In this document: one piece after another, positions 1-8,420 of the stretch
How positions within the stretch are numbered: position 1 is the stretch's first letter
How the letters are laid out: every line of letters starts with the position of its first letter
Origin: Candidatus Zixiibacteriota bacterium
GTDB taxonomy: Bacteria; Zixibacteria; MSB-5A5; GN15; FEB-12
NCBI GenBank assembly: GCA_003641405.1
Contig: QNAF01000001.1
Location: forward strand, 1 to 38,427
Length of the DNA stretch: 38,427 nt
Direction of reading: 5' to 3'
Made by a program: the position numbers and the translations under genes
Notes under the pieces: model-generated
The model's database searches: none
Told to the model about the DNA's origin: nothing
Seen by the model: the letters and a program-made list of their open reading frames with translations, nothing else

Positions 1-522
1 CCGGAATACCGTGGAGTGAAAGACAAGGTCCTGATGTTCGCCGACTGTGCTGTTATTCCTAACCCGAGCCCCGCACAACTGGCATCGATCGCTGTTTCCA
101 CGGCTGAAACGATGAAGTTCCTCACCGGTGAAGAACCTAAAGTAGCCATGCTGTCTTTCTCTACGAAAGGATCGGCAAAACACAGTGACGTTGACAAAGT
201 GCTTTCTGCCCTGGAGATACTCCGGAGCGATCACCCTGACCTGAAAGTGGACGGGGAACTTCAGGTCGATGCCGCTATCGTGCCGGAAGTAGCCAACAAG
301 AAAGCGCCGGACTCTCCCATAGGTGGTGACGCCAACGTTCTCGTGTTCCCCGACCTGGATTCCGGCAACATTGCCTATAAACTGGTACAAAGACTGGCCA
401 ACGCCACAGCTACCGGCCCGATCATTCAGGGCCTGGCCAGTCCGGCGAATGACCTTTCGCGTGGATGTTCCGTACAAGACATTGTTGATGTGACCGCAAT
501 TGCGACGCTGTTAAAAGGATAA
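1..522 (+). CDS. pta: phosphate acetyltransferase, C-terminal part (5' end outside window)
   Basis: Frame 1 is open from base 1, upstream of the listed Met at 16. The translation has Pta-type motifs: [40 protein letters not shown] and PANDLSRG near the C-terminus. Confidence 0.85.
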   Translation, partial: PEYRGVKDKVLMFADCAVIPNPSPAQLASIAVSTAETMKFLTGEEPKVAMLSFSTKGSAKHSDVDKVLSALEILRSDHPDLKVDGELQVDAAIVPEVANKKAPDSPIGGDANVLVFPDLDSGNIAYKLVQRLANATATGPIIQGLASPANDLSRGCSVQDIVDVTAIATLLKG

Positions 523-526
523 GGAT

Positions 527-1744
527 ATGAGTATCAGTCAACTTGCAAGAGAAGTCAAAGAGTCCCCGACTCTTCGGCTGAATGAAGAGGCCGCCCGCCT
601 TCGGGATAAAGGGGAGCCGGTGATTCATCTTGGCTCCGGTGAACCAAAGTCCAAAGTACCACTCGACGCTATTTTGGCCTGTTCCGCCAAACTGAAAACG
701 GCTGATATCCGGTACACGCCAACTGAAGGTATCCCCGCGCTGACAAAAGCAATCATCAAATACACCGAGGAAGCCTACGGTAAAGCAGTGGCTCCGGAGA
801 ATGTCTGCGCTCACGCGGGAGCCAAACAAGCCGTTTACAACATCCTGATGACTATCCTGAACCCGCAGGATGAAGTTATTATTCCGGCCCCGTACTGGGT
901 GAGCTATCCTGAAATCATTAAGATGCTCTATGGAGTACCGGTTGTTGTCCAACCGGAGGATGGTCGATTCCAGCCCCGCGCTCAGGATATCAAAGAAGTT
1001 GTCGGGTCGTATACCAAGGCAATTATCCTCAACAGCCCGAACAATCCTTCCGGCGAAGTATATACAGCTGAGTTCATTCAGGAAATGGTAGAGTTCTGTG
1101 AGCAGAAACAGATCTATCTCATAATGGATGACATCTACCAAAAGTTGATCTTCGATGGTCGCCGTCCGGTCTCATGCTATGACTATGTAAAAGATGACTC
1201 GGACAACTCCCGCCTGATCGTCCTCAACGGTGTCTCCAAGATGTACGCCATGACCGGTTTTCGTATTGGCTGGTCAATCGCCAATACCAAAGTCACCAAA
1301 ACGTTGATCAATGTAGCCGCGCAGAATACATCCTGCCCATCAGTAGTATTGCAGGCAGCCGCAACCGGTGCTCTTGAAGGCATTCAAACCGGCGTCGAAA
1401 GCCTGCGACTGACCTTAGAGAACAACCGCAACGTCATGATGAAAGAGTTAGGCGCCTTTACCGGCGTTCGCTGTGTTAATCCCGGCGGCACTTTCTATTG
1501 TTTGCCGGACTTCAGAGCCTACAGCAAGAATTCGATAGAACTCTGCCGGTTCTTACTGGAGAAGGCGCTGGTGGTGACGGTGCCCGGTGTTGAATTCGGG
1601 ATGGAAGGTCACCTGAGACTTAGCTACTGCGGCACAATAAAGGAAATCACCGAGGGCATCCGGCGCATCAAATGGGCGCTTGATCCTGAGTCACCGAATG
1701 AAATCTACATCGGTGACCGCAAGATGAGGAGAGACTGGAAATGA
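527..1744 (+). CDS. class I/II PLP-dependent aminotransferase (aspartate aminotransferase-like)
   Basis: 405 aa. Has the SKMYAMTGFRIGW Schiff-base lysine motif and NSPNNPSG. Its stop overlaps the pckA start (ATGA at 1741-1744). Confidence 0.85.
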   Translation: MSISQLAREVKESPTLRLNEEAARLRDKGEPVIHLGSGEPKSKVPLDAILACSAKLKTADIRYTPTEGIPALTKAIIKYTEEAYGKAVAPENVCAHAGAKQAVYNILMTILNPQDEVIIPAPYWVSYPEIIKMLYGVPVVVQPEDGRFQPRAQDIKEVVGSYTKAIILNSPNNPSGEVYTAEFIQEMVEFCEQKQIYLIMDDIYQKLIFDGRRPVSCYDYVKDDSDNSRLIVLNGVSKMYAMTGFRIGWSIANTKVTKTLINVAAQNTSCPSVVLQAAATGALEGIQTGVESLRLTLENNRNVMMKELGAFTGVRCVNPGGTFYCLPDFRAYSKNSIELCRFLLEKALVVTVPGVEFGMEGHLRLSYCGTIKEITEGIRRIKWALDPESPNEIYIGDRKMRRDWK

Positions 1745-3393
1745 ACCAATACATAATCGATATCAAAACTCCCGCTCACGGCGAAGCACAATCGCTCAAA
1801 TCCGACTTCAGCCTGTCAAACCACGGTTTTCGCAACCTGCACAATGTCTACTGGAACCTGCCCGCCGAATCTCTCTACGAGGAAGTCGTTTTCCGTTCCG
1901 AAGGCTCCATCTCCCACATGGGACCGGTGGTCGTCAACACCGGAAAGCACACGGCACGAGCAGCCAATGACAAATTCGTTGTCCGTGAACCCGGCAGTGA
2001 GGAACACGTCTGGTGGGGTGAGTACAACCGACCGTTTAGCGTTGACAGGTTCAATTCCGTCTATCAGCGGCTCTTGGGGTATCTCCAGGGACACGATCTA
2101 TTCGTACGTGACTGCTATGCCGGAGCTGATCCGAACTACCGTCTGCCGGTTCGGATCATCACCGAAGACGCCTGGCACTCTTTGTTCGTCCGAAATATGC
2201 TCATCGAGCCGAAAACAAACGACGAACTGCGTCACTTTGTTCCCGACTTCACAATTATCTCCATTCCGTCTTTCCGGGCACAGCCTGAAATCGACGGCAC
2301 CCTCTCCCCTACTTTTATCCTGCTCAATTTCGATCAGCGCGTTTGCATTATCGGTGGCTCGGGTTACGGCGGCGAGATCAAAAAAGCTGTCTTCACCGTC
2401 CTCAACTACCTATTACCGCTCAGGGGTGTCCTGAGTATGCACTGCTCTGCCAATGTCGGCAAAGCAGGCGATTCTGCCCTGTTCTTCGGATTGTCCGGAA
2501 CCGGCAAGACTACCCTCTCGGCTGATCCGAGACGCAAACTGATCGGTGATGACGAGCACGGCTGGAGCGACGAAGGTTTATTTAACTTCGAAGGTGGCTG
2601 CTATGCCAAGGTTATCGCACTTTCTCCTACCTCCGAGCCGGAAATATATGCCTGCACACGCAAGTTCGGCACCGTGCTTGAGAATGTTGTCTTTGATCGT
2701 GTCACACGTCAACTCGACCTTGACGACGAGGTCCTGACGGAGAACACCCGGGCCGCCTATCCGTTACACTACATCGACAATGCCGTCCCTGATAAAATGG
2801 CCGGACACCCGAAGAACATCATCATGTTGACCTGTGATGCCTCTGGTGTAATGCCACCGATTGCGAGGCTCACCCCTGAGCAGGCTATGTACCACTTCAT
2901 CTCCGGCTACACCTCGAAAGTTGCCGGAACGGAAATCGACCTGGGTAAAGAACCTGAGCAGACTTTCAGTGCTTGTTTCGGAGCTCCCTTCATGGTGCAC
3001 CACCCGTACAAGTACGCGGAAATGCTCAAAAACAAGATGCTCAAACAAGAAGCTCAGTGCTGGCTGGTCAATACCGGCTGGAGCGGCGGACCTTACGGTA
3101 TCGGCAAACGGATGAGCATTCACCACACACGTACCTTACTCGACGCTGCTCTCTCAGGAGCACTCATGGACGTTGAGTACCGAATCGACCCGTATTTCAG
3201 ATTCGAAGTACCCAAAAGCTGTGAAGGCGTCCCGGCTAAGGTGCTAATGCCGAAGGAAACCTGGGAAGACCCCCAGGCATACGAGGAGAAATACATCCAG
3301 TTGGCCTCGCTGTTTATCGAGAACTTCAAGAAGTTCCAAGACGGCTGCCCGCCGGAGATAATTCAGGCCGGACCGGATCTGAGCGGGAAATAA
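1741..3393 (+). CDS. pckA: phosphoenolpyruvate carboxykinase (ATP)
   Basis: 550 aa. Has the kinase-1a loop GLSGTGKTTLS, followed by LIGDDEHGW. Length and overall pattern are typical of ATP-type PckA. Confidence 0.93.
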   Translation: MNQYIIDIKTPAHGEAQSLKSDFSLSNHGFRNLHNVYWNLPAESLYEEVVFRSEGSISHMGPVVVNTGKHTARAANDKFVVREPGSEEHVWWGEYNRPFSVDRFNSVYQRLLGYLQGHDLFVRDCYAGADPNYRLPVRIITEDAWHSLFVRNMLIEPKTNDELRHFVPDFTIISIPSFRAQPEIDGTLSPTFILLNFDQRVCIIGGSGYGGEIKKAVFTVLNYLLPLRGVLSMHCSANVGKAGDSALFFGLSGTGKTTLSADPRRKLIGDDEHGWSDEGLFNFEGGCYAKVIALSPTSEPEIYACTRKFGTVLENVVFDRVTRQLDLDDEVLTENTRAAYPLHYIDNAVPDKMAGHPKNIIMLTCDASGVMPPIARLTPEQAMYHFISGYTSKVAGTEIDLGKEPEQTFSACFGAPFMVHHPYKYAEMLKNKMLKQEAQCWLVNTGWSGGPYGIGKRMSIHHTRTLLDAALSGALMDVEYRIDPYFRFEVPKSCEGVPAKVLMPKETWEDPQAYEEKYIQLASLFIENFKKFQDGCPPEIIQAGPDLSGK

Positions 3394-3437
3394 TCTCGCG
3401 GCTGAAGACGGCCCCTAAATCGTGAAGGAATTGGACG

Positions 3438-3463
3438 CATCCGTGTGATAATTAACACGGATG
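3438..3463 (+). terminator. 9-bp inverted repeat downstream of pckA (catccgtgt-gataatta-acacggatg); terminator or protein-binding site
   Basis: Perfect 9-bp stem with an 8-nt AT loop, 45 nt after the pckA stop. There is no clean T-tract, so its function is uncertain. Confidence 0.3.
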
Positions 3464-3480
3464 TGGAGTCTATTTGAAAT

Positions 3481-3804
3481 ATGCCTACATACCAGTACCG
3501 GTGCACTGAGTGCAAATACGAATTCGAGGAGTTTCAGTCGATTACAGAAGACCCGATTGAGGTCTGCCCTTCCTGCAACGGCAAGGTGCATAGGTTGATC
3601 TCCGGCGGTGCCGGCTTCCTGTTGAAAGGTACTGGATTCTACCAAACGGACCACAGAAGCAAGGCCTACCTTGATAGCGCTCGCAAGGAGAAATCTGCCT
3701 CTTCGACTGCATCCTCAAGTTCATCCCACTCCAAGTCATCAAAACCCAGCAGTGGCTCGTCTCCGAAATCGAGCGATAAGAAGAGCTCATCAAGCGGTAG
3801 TTAG
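3481..3804 (+). CDS. FmdB-family zinc-ribbon protein with Ser-rich low-complexity tail
   Basis: N-terminus MPTYQYRCTECKYEFEEFQSITEDPIEVCPSCNG gives the CxxC-x17-CxxC pattern typical of the FmdB family. The C-terminal ~45 aa are Ser/Lys rich. Confidence 0.8.
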   Translation: MPTYQYRCTECKYEFEEFQSITEDPIEVCPSCNGKVHRLISGGAGFLLKGTGFYQTDHRSKAYLDSARKEKSASSTASSSSSHSKSSKPSSGSSPKSSDKKSSSSGS

Positions 3805-3825
3805 GTACCACAGATCGGTGATATT

Positions 3826-5190
3826 ATGTGTCCTGAGAGAGTATCCAAGCTTAGAAAACTCCTCGGCGCTCCCGATTCTCTGATCACCGACCTACGTGAA
3901 CATCAGAGCTATCTGACGGATGCCACCTACTTTTCAGAAACTCCGATTTCACTTCTCTTGGCGGAGTCGGTATCGGACATCGTAACGACGGTAGATTTCT
4001 GCGGTCAGCACAACGTTCCGATCACACCTCGTGGTGCCGGCACCGGGTTGTCAGGAGGGTGTGTTGCTTCTGAAGGCGCCCTGCTGCTGTCCACAGAAAA
4101 GCTTCGTGATCTTCAGATCGATCCTTCCGACAGGTCTGCCGTCTGCGGCCCCGGCGTCATCACTAAGGAACTGCAGGACGCTGCCGCGGCGTACGGCCTT
4201 GCCTACCCTCCTGATCCCGCCAGCTACGAGGAGTCTACTCTTGGTGGCAACGTGGCCGAAGGCGCAGGTGGTTTGAGCTGTAACAGATTCGGCGTAACCA
4301 AGGACTATATCCTTGGTCTGGAAGCTGTTCTGGCCGACGGTTCGCTTCTCAAATGCGGCCGATTCTGTAGAAACCGCGGATTCTCTATTGGCGATATCCT
4401 GATCGCCAGCGAGGGGACTCTGGCGATTATAACCAGAATCGCCGTTCGGTTGATCCCTTTACCGGGCCAAGACACGACAATCCTTGTAGCTTTCGATCAG
4501 CCTCATAACGCCGCCCAGACAGTGGCAGACATCAATGCCGCAGGCATAATCCCGACCGTAATGGAGTTTATGGACGGTGACGCTGTTGAGTGTTCCAATC
4601 AATATGAGCAGACCGAAGGTTTGGACAATGCCGCAGCCATATTACTTTTCGAGACTTCAGATGTCGAAACCGAATTGCAAACCGCTCAGATAGGACGGTT
4701 GTGCCAGGATAATAATTGCTCCTACCTGCGAATCGAGTCCGATCCGGCTCGCGCCGAAGCCCTCTGGCAGATTCGACGTAACCTCTCTTTGGCCACCAAA
4801 GATGCCGCCGCATACCGCATCTCCGAGGATGTGGCCGTACCCAACAGCCATTTCCCCGCACTGGTTGACTTAGTAGCCCAAATGAACGCTCAGAGCAGTC
4901 TGAGGATCAACTCCTATGGTCACGCCGGTGACGGCAACCTTCATGTCAATTTCATGGCTGGTTCCGACTCACCTGAGAACATGGCCGAGATCGACCGTTG
5001 GGTTGAGAAACTCATGCGCAGGACAGTTGAGTTGGATGGCACGCTTACCGGCGAGCACGGGATCGGGCTGGCCAAGCGTGCTTACCTGGACCTCGAATTC
5101 GACTCCTCCACACTGGGAGCTATGATGAAAATCAAGTCCGTCTTCGATCCTCACGGGCTCCTGAACCCTGACAAAATTCTCCCTCATTGA
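3826..5190 (+). CDS. FAD-linked oxidase (GlcD / D-lactate dehydrogenase-like)
   Basis: 454 aa. Has the FAD-binding PCMH-type motif PRGAGTGLSGG and the C-terminal GTLTGEHGIGLAK motif of the GlcD/D-LDH family. Confidence 0.85.
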   Translation: MCPERVSKLRKLLGAPDSLITDLREHQSYLTDATYFSETPISLLLAESVSDIVTTVDFCGQHNVPITPRGAGTGLSGGCVASEGALLLSTEKLRDLQIDPSDRSAVCGPGVITKELQDAAAAYGLAYPPDPASYEESTLGGNVAEGAGGLSCNRFGVTKDYILGLEAVLADGSLLKCGRFCRNRGFSIGDILIASEGTLAIITRIAVRLIPLPGQDTTILVAFDQPHNAAQTVADINAAGIIPTVMEFMDGDAVECSNQYEQTEGLDNAAAILLFETSDVETELQTAQIGRLCQDNNCSYLRIESDPARAEALWQIRRNLSLATKDAAAYRISEDVAVPNSHFPALVDLVAQMNAQSSLRINSYGHAGDGNLHVNFMAGSDSPENMAEIDRWVEKLMRRTVELDGTLTGEHGIGLAKRAYLDLEFDSSTLGAMMKIKSVFDPHGLLNPDKILPH

Positions 5191-5219
5191 AAAATCGGAC
5201 AATATCGTTCGTGTAAGTG

Positions 5220-5248
5220 TTGACAGAACTGATCTAACAATATATTAT
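5220..5248 (+). promoter_or_regulatory. sigma70-type promoter for citrate synthase (TTGACA-N17-TATTAT)
   Basis: -35 TTGACA at 5220-5225, 17-nt spacer, -10 TATTAT at 5243-5248. AGGAG RBS lies 8 nt upstream of the ATG at 5335. Confidence 0.5.
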
Positions 5249-5334
5249 TGCCGACAATGTGGAAGTTTTCACATCGTGACAATGCAAGAAATGCTAACTG
5301 AAAACACATATACAAGAAGCCAAAGGAGACCATC

Positions 5335-6615
5335 ATGGCAAAAACACTGAGGGAGAAACTCGACGGAATGATCCCGAAGTTGAGGGATGAACGCGTCAAA
5401 CTCATCAAGGGTCACGGTACTCATGTGATCTCGCAATGCACGGTCGCTCAGGCGATCGGTGGCATGCGCGGTGTCAAAAGTATGGTATGTGACACTTCGG
5501 TTGTCGAGCCTGACAAGGGATTGTTTGTCCGCGGACAATCTATCCTGAAACTCAAAGACCGCCTCCCTGAGGAGATCTTCTGGAACCTGATCACCGGCGA
5601 CTTCCCGTCCAAGGATGAGTTGGCACAGTTTCAGAAGGAGCTGAAAGCCAACGGCGAAGTTCCGAACTATGTCTGGAAAGTTCTCAAGGCGATGCCGAAA
5701 TCCTCGCATCCGATGGCCATGCTCGACACGGCTATCCTAGCGATGGAAAATGAATCAGCGTTCCGCCGCGAGTATTCCAAAGGTATTCCCAAGACGGAAT
5801 ACTGGATTCCCACGCTCGAAGACGCTATGCGCATTCTGGGTACGATCCACGTTATTGCAGCCGGCGTCTACCGCATCAAGTATTTCAAGGGTGACCTGAT
5901 TGCCCCGTCGAAGAAGCTTGACATGGGTGCTGACTACGCCAAGATGCTTGGTCTCAAACCCCACAAGGGTCAGACCGCTGAAATGATGCGCCTTTACCTC
6001 ACGCTGCACTGTGACCACGAAGGTGGCAACGTTTCTGCTAACACCTGTCACACTGTCGGTTCTGCCCTCTCCGATCCGTTCTATGCGGTCTCGGCAGGTC
6101 TGAACGGCTTGGCAGGTCCTCTGCACGGCCTGGCCAACCAGGAATGCCTCAACTGGGTTCTCCAGACAATGGAGAAATTCGGTGGCGCCCCGTCTGAGAA
6201 AGAAATCGAAGACTATGCCTGGGAAACGCTCAACGCCCACAAGGTAATTCCGGGCTACGGACACGCTGTCCTCCGCGTGACCGATCCGCGCTTCACGGCA
6301 TTCAACCAGTTTGGCAAGAAGTACTTGAAGAAAGACCCGGTCTTCCAGACAGTCGATCGCGTTTTCAAGGTTGTGCCGAAGGTACTCAAAGCTCATGGCA
6401 AGGCTGCCAACCCGTGGCCGAATGTTGACGCCGGTTCTGGCGCCCTCCTGTACTACTACGGCCTGACTCAGTTCGAGTACTACACTGTGCTGTTCTCAGT
6501 CTCGCGTGCGATGGGCATGCTCTCGCAGCAGGTCCTCAACCGTGCGCTGGGTACGCCGATCACACGGCCGAAATCAGTCAGCACCAAGTGGCTGAAGACC
6601 CAGGTGAAGAAGTAG
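5335..6615 (+). CDS. gltA: citrate synthase
   Basis: 426 aa. Has the signature GYGHAVLRVTDPRF and catalytic-His contexts (HCDHEGGN, GLAGPLHGLANQE). Confidence 0.93.
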   Translation: MAKTLREKLDGMIPKLRDERVKLIKGHGTHVISQCTVAQAIGGMRGVKSMVCDTSVVEPDKGLFVRGQSILKLKDRLPEEIFWNLITGDFPSKDELAQFQKELKANGEVPNYVWKVLKAMPKSSHPMAMLDTAILAMENESAFRREYSKGIPKTEYWIPTLEDAMRILGTIHVIAAGVYRIKYFKGDLIAPSKKLDMGADYAKMLGLKPHKGQTAEMMRLYLTLHCDHEGGNVSANTCHTVGSALSDPFYAVSAGLNGLAGPLHGLANQECLNWVLQTMEKFGGAPSEKEIEDYAWETLNAHKVIPGYGHAVLRVTDPRFTAFNQFGKKYLKKDPVFQTVDRVFKVVPKVLKAHGKAANPWPNVDAGSGALLYYYGLTQFEYYTVLFSVSRAMGMLSQQVLNRALGTPITRPKSVSTKWLKTQVKK

Positions 6616-6640
6616 TCGATTTCGCATCAGCGAATACAAC

Positions 6641-6670
6641 AAGGCGGCTCTGCTTTCAGGGCCGCCTTTT
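6641..6670. terminator. intrinsic terminator hairpin between convergent gltA and the histidine kinase
   Basis: The stem aaggcggc / gccgcctt encloses a 12-nt loop and is followed by TTTT on the plus strand. It lies between the stops at 6615 (+) and 6691 (-). Confidence 0.6.
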
Positions 6671-6690
6671 CAATTGTGACGCTTGGTATA

Positions 6691-8370
6691 TCAAACTTTT
6701 GGCAGCGTGATTACAAATCTCGCACCATTTGCATACTGCTCGTCCAACTGCACATCGCCGTCCATGTCTGAAACAATCTTCTGAATAGTCGCAAGGCCCA
6801 GACCCGTGCCGGCTTCTTTCGTGGTGTAATAGGGTGCAAACAGTTTGTCGCGCGAATCCGCAGGTACGCCGGGACCGTCATCGGCAATCGCAATCACTAC
6901 CTTACTGCCGTCACGGACAGCCGAGACACGGAACTTCCCCGTTGCCCCGGCCAGAGCTTCCTTGGTATTGTTGAACAAATTCAGAAAGACCTGTTTGAGT
7001 TGATTTGGGTCGGCGCGTACAGTCAGGCCCGGCTCACATTTGATACTTACGTCAAGCTCCAGCTTCTCCCCTTCCACTCTTAACAGATCGCCAATCTCCG
7101 TCAGAAGAGAATCCAGCCGAATCTCCCCGCGCTGTGTGGTTTCCTGGCGAGCCAGTGCCAGAAAGCGGGTAATGATATCATTAAGGCGCGTTGTCTCGGA
7201 TCGTATCTGTTTAGTGAAAGAGTTGTACTGCTCGTGGTCCTGTTCAGGCGAAAACTCTGCCTGCAAACGCTGCGCGGCAATCGAGATCGTATTGAGGGGG
7301 TTGCGGATCTCATGTGCGACTCCCGCCGCCAGATTCCCCATCTCAGAAAGTCGTTCTTTGCGTCGCGCCTGCTGTTCGTACTTCTCCATAAGTTCCCAAC
7401 GCTTGCGTCGTCCACGCAAATAGGCCAGGGCGACTATCAGCAAGACAAACAGTACACTGGAGAATATGATCATCTGATGATCAAACCCGCGACTGACAGA
7501 GTAGTAACCGTCGAGTGAAAGACCAACACGAAACAACCCGAATTTGAACTGAGGTGACGAGAACGGACGCACGAGTTCAAGTACGTTCTTGCCCTGAAAC
7601 TCAAAGATGCGACTTACAATTGTATCGGAATCCTGAGCGTCAGTGAGAAAGGGATCAGACTCTATAGCCAACAAATTACCCGGCTTGCACGAGGCGAAAA
7701 TAATACCCTCATCGGATTGATAAATAATGTATTCGACACCCTTCTCACGTGCCATTCGCTGTGACAGGTAGCCAATCCCGGTCTGTCGTAATGCCTCGCC
7801 GTAATACAGGGCATCCGTGGCAAGAGCAATGACGCGGTCAAGCTGATTGGTGACTTCCAAGTAGTAGTGAACCATCTCGCCATGAATTCCACTTTCGTCA
7901 AGCAGTAACACATAATTAGATTCCGGGGCCCTGATCAGTTCTCCCATCTCCTGTTCCACGAAATCTGGAAGACCCCGGTCTCCTCCTCGAACAGTAATAC
8001 CGGTCACCGTCTCAGTATGTCCATCGAAAATGTATGCACCGAGCAGATCGTGAGAAAGTGCAAATGTCATCCAGTCCTGCTCAGAGAGACCGGCGATATC
8101 CCGCTCCAACAAAGTCGTCACGAGATCATGGTAACGGAATTCAACCAGCTCGTCATAGAAAGCTTCGGCAGTAATGGCATTGTCGGCAGCTTGCGCAAGT
8201 GACTCAGTAAACGCAGTACCCTGGGCTACAAGCAACTCGAAGCTGCTGGCTCGACTCTGACGAGTCGAAACCCAGGTAATTGCGAATACGACAACCGTAA
8301 GAACGACTGCGATGATTGATAGCAGTCGATAGTCAAATCTGCCTGGGTGAGAAACGGGCAATCCTTTCAT
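6691..8370 (-). CDS. sensor histidine kinase (two TM segments flanking a ~270-aa extracytoplasmic domain, HisKA, HATPase_c)
   Basis: 559 aa. H-box AGVAHEIRNPLNTI, N-box FLNLFNNTKEA, G-boxes DDGPGVP and GTGLGLA. Hydrophobic segments sit near aa 17-35 and 300-318. Confidence 0.9.
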   Translation of the reverse strand: MKGLPVSHPGRFDYRLLSIIAVVLTVVVFAITWVSTRQSRASSFELLVAQGTAFTESLAQAADNAITAEAFYDELVEFRYHDLVTTLLERDIAGLSEQDWMTFALSHDLLGAYIFDGHTETVTGITVRGGDRGLPDFVEQEMGELIRAPESNYVLLLDESGIHGEMVHYYLEVTNQLDRVIALATDALYYGEALRQTGIGYLSQRMAREKGVEYIIYQSDEGIIFASCKPGNLLAIESDPFLTDAQDSDTIVSRIFEFQGKNVLELVRPFSSPQFKFGLFRVGLSLDGYYSVSRGFDHQMIIFSSVLFVLLIVALAYLRGRRKRWELMEKYEQQARRKERLSEMGNLAAGVAHEIRNPLNTISIAAQRLQAEFSPEQDHEQYNSFTKQIRSETTRLNDIITRFLALARQETTQRGEIRLDSLLTEIGDLLRVEGEKLELDVSIKCEPGLTVRADPNQLKQVFLNLFNNTKEALAGATGKFRVSAVRDGSKVVIAIADDGPGVPADSRDKLFAPYYTTKEAGTGLGLATIQKIVSDMDGDVQLDEQYANGARFVITLPKV

Positions 8371-8420
8371 CGCCCTAAGCTATTGGCACAGCAAAAGATG
8401 GGCAACAAAAATCCGGCACT

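Noticed and set aside
422-1141. 239-aa minus-strand ORF antisense to the aminotransferase gene. The same situation applies to 5755-6396 (-), 19607-20302 (-), 18539-19075 (+), 14209-14697 (-), 12503-13006 (-) and 23466-23918 (-).
   Set aside because: Each lies fully inside, and antisense to, a gene with clear family motifs. The translations are low-complexity or Arg/Ser/Leu-rich with no recognisable motif, which is typical of shadow ORFs.
1844-2434. 196-aa same-strand alternative-frame ORF inside pckA. A similar 190-aa ORF at 24331-24903 lies inside the giant gene.
   Set aside because: These are out-of-frame overlaps of strongly supported CDSs. The products are Ser/Pro/Thr/Arg-rich and motif-free.
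8371-8420. Possible sigma54 promoter (GG-N-GC) on the minus strand between the two kinase genes (gtgccGGatttttgttGCcc).
   Set aside because: The GG-to-GC spacing is one nucleotide short of the consensus TGGCAC-N5-TTGC, and the flanking bases match poorly.
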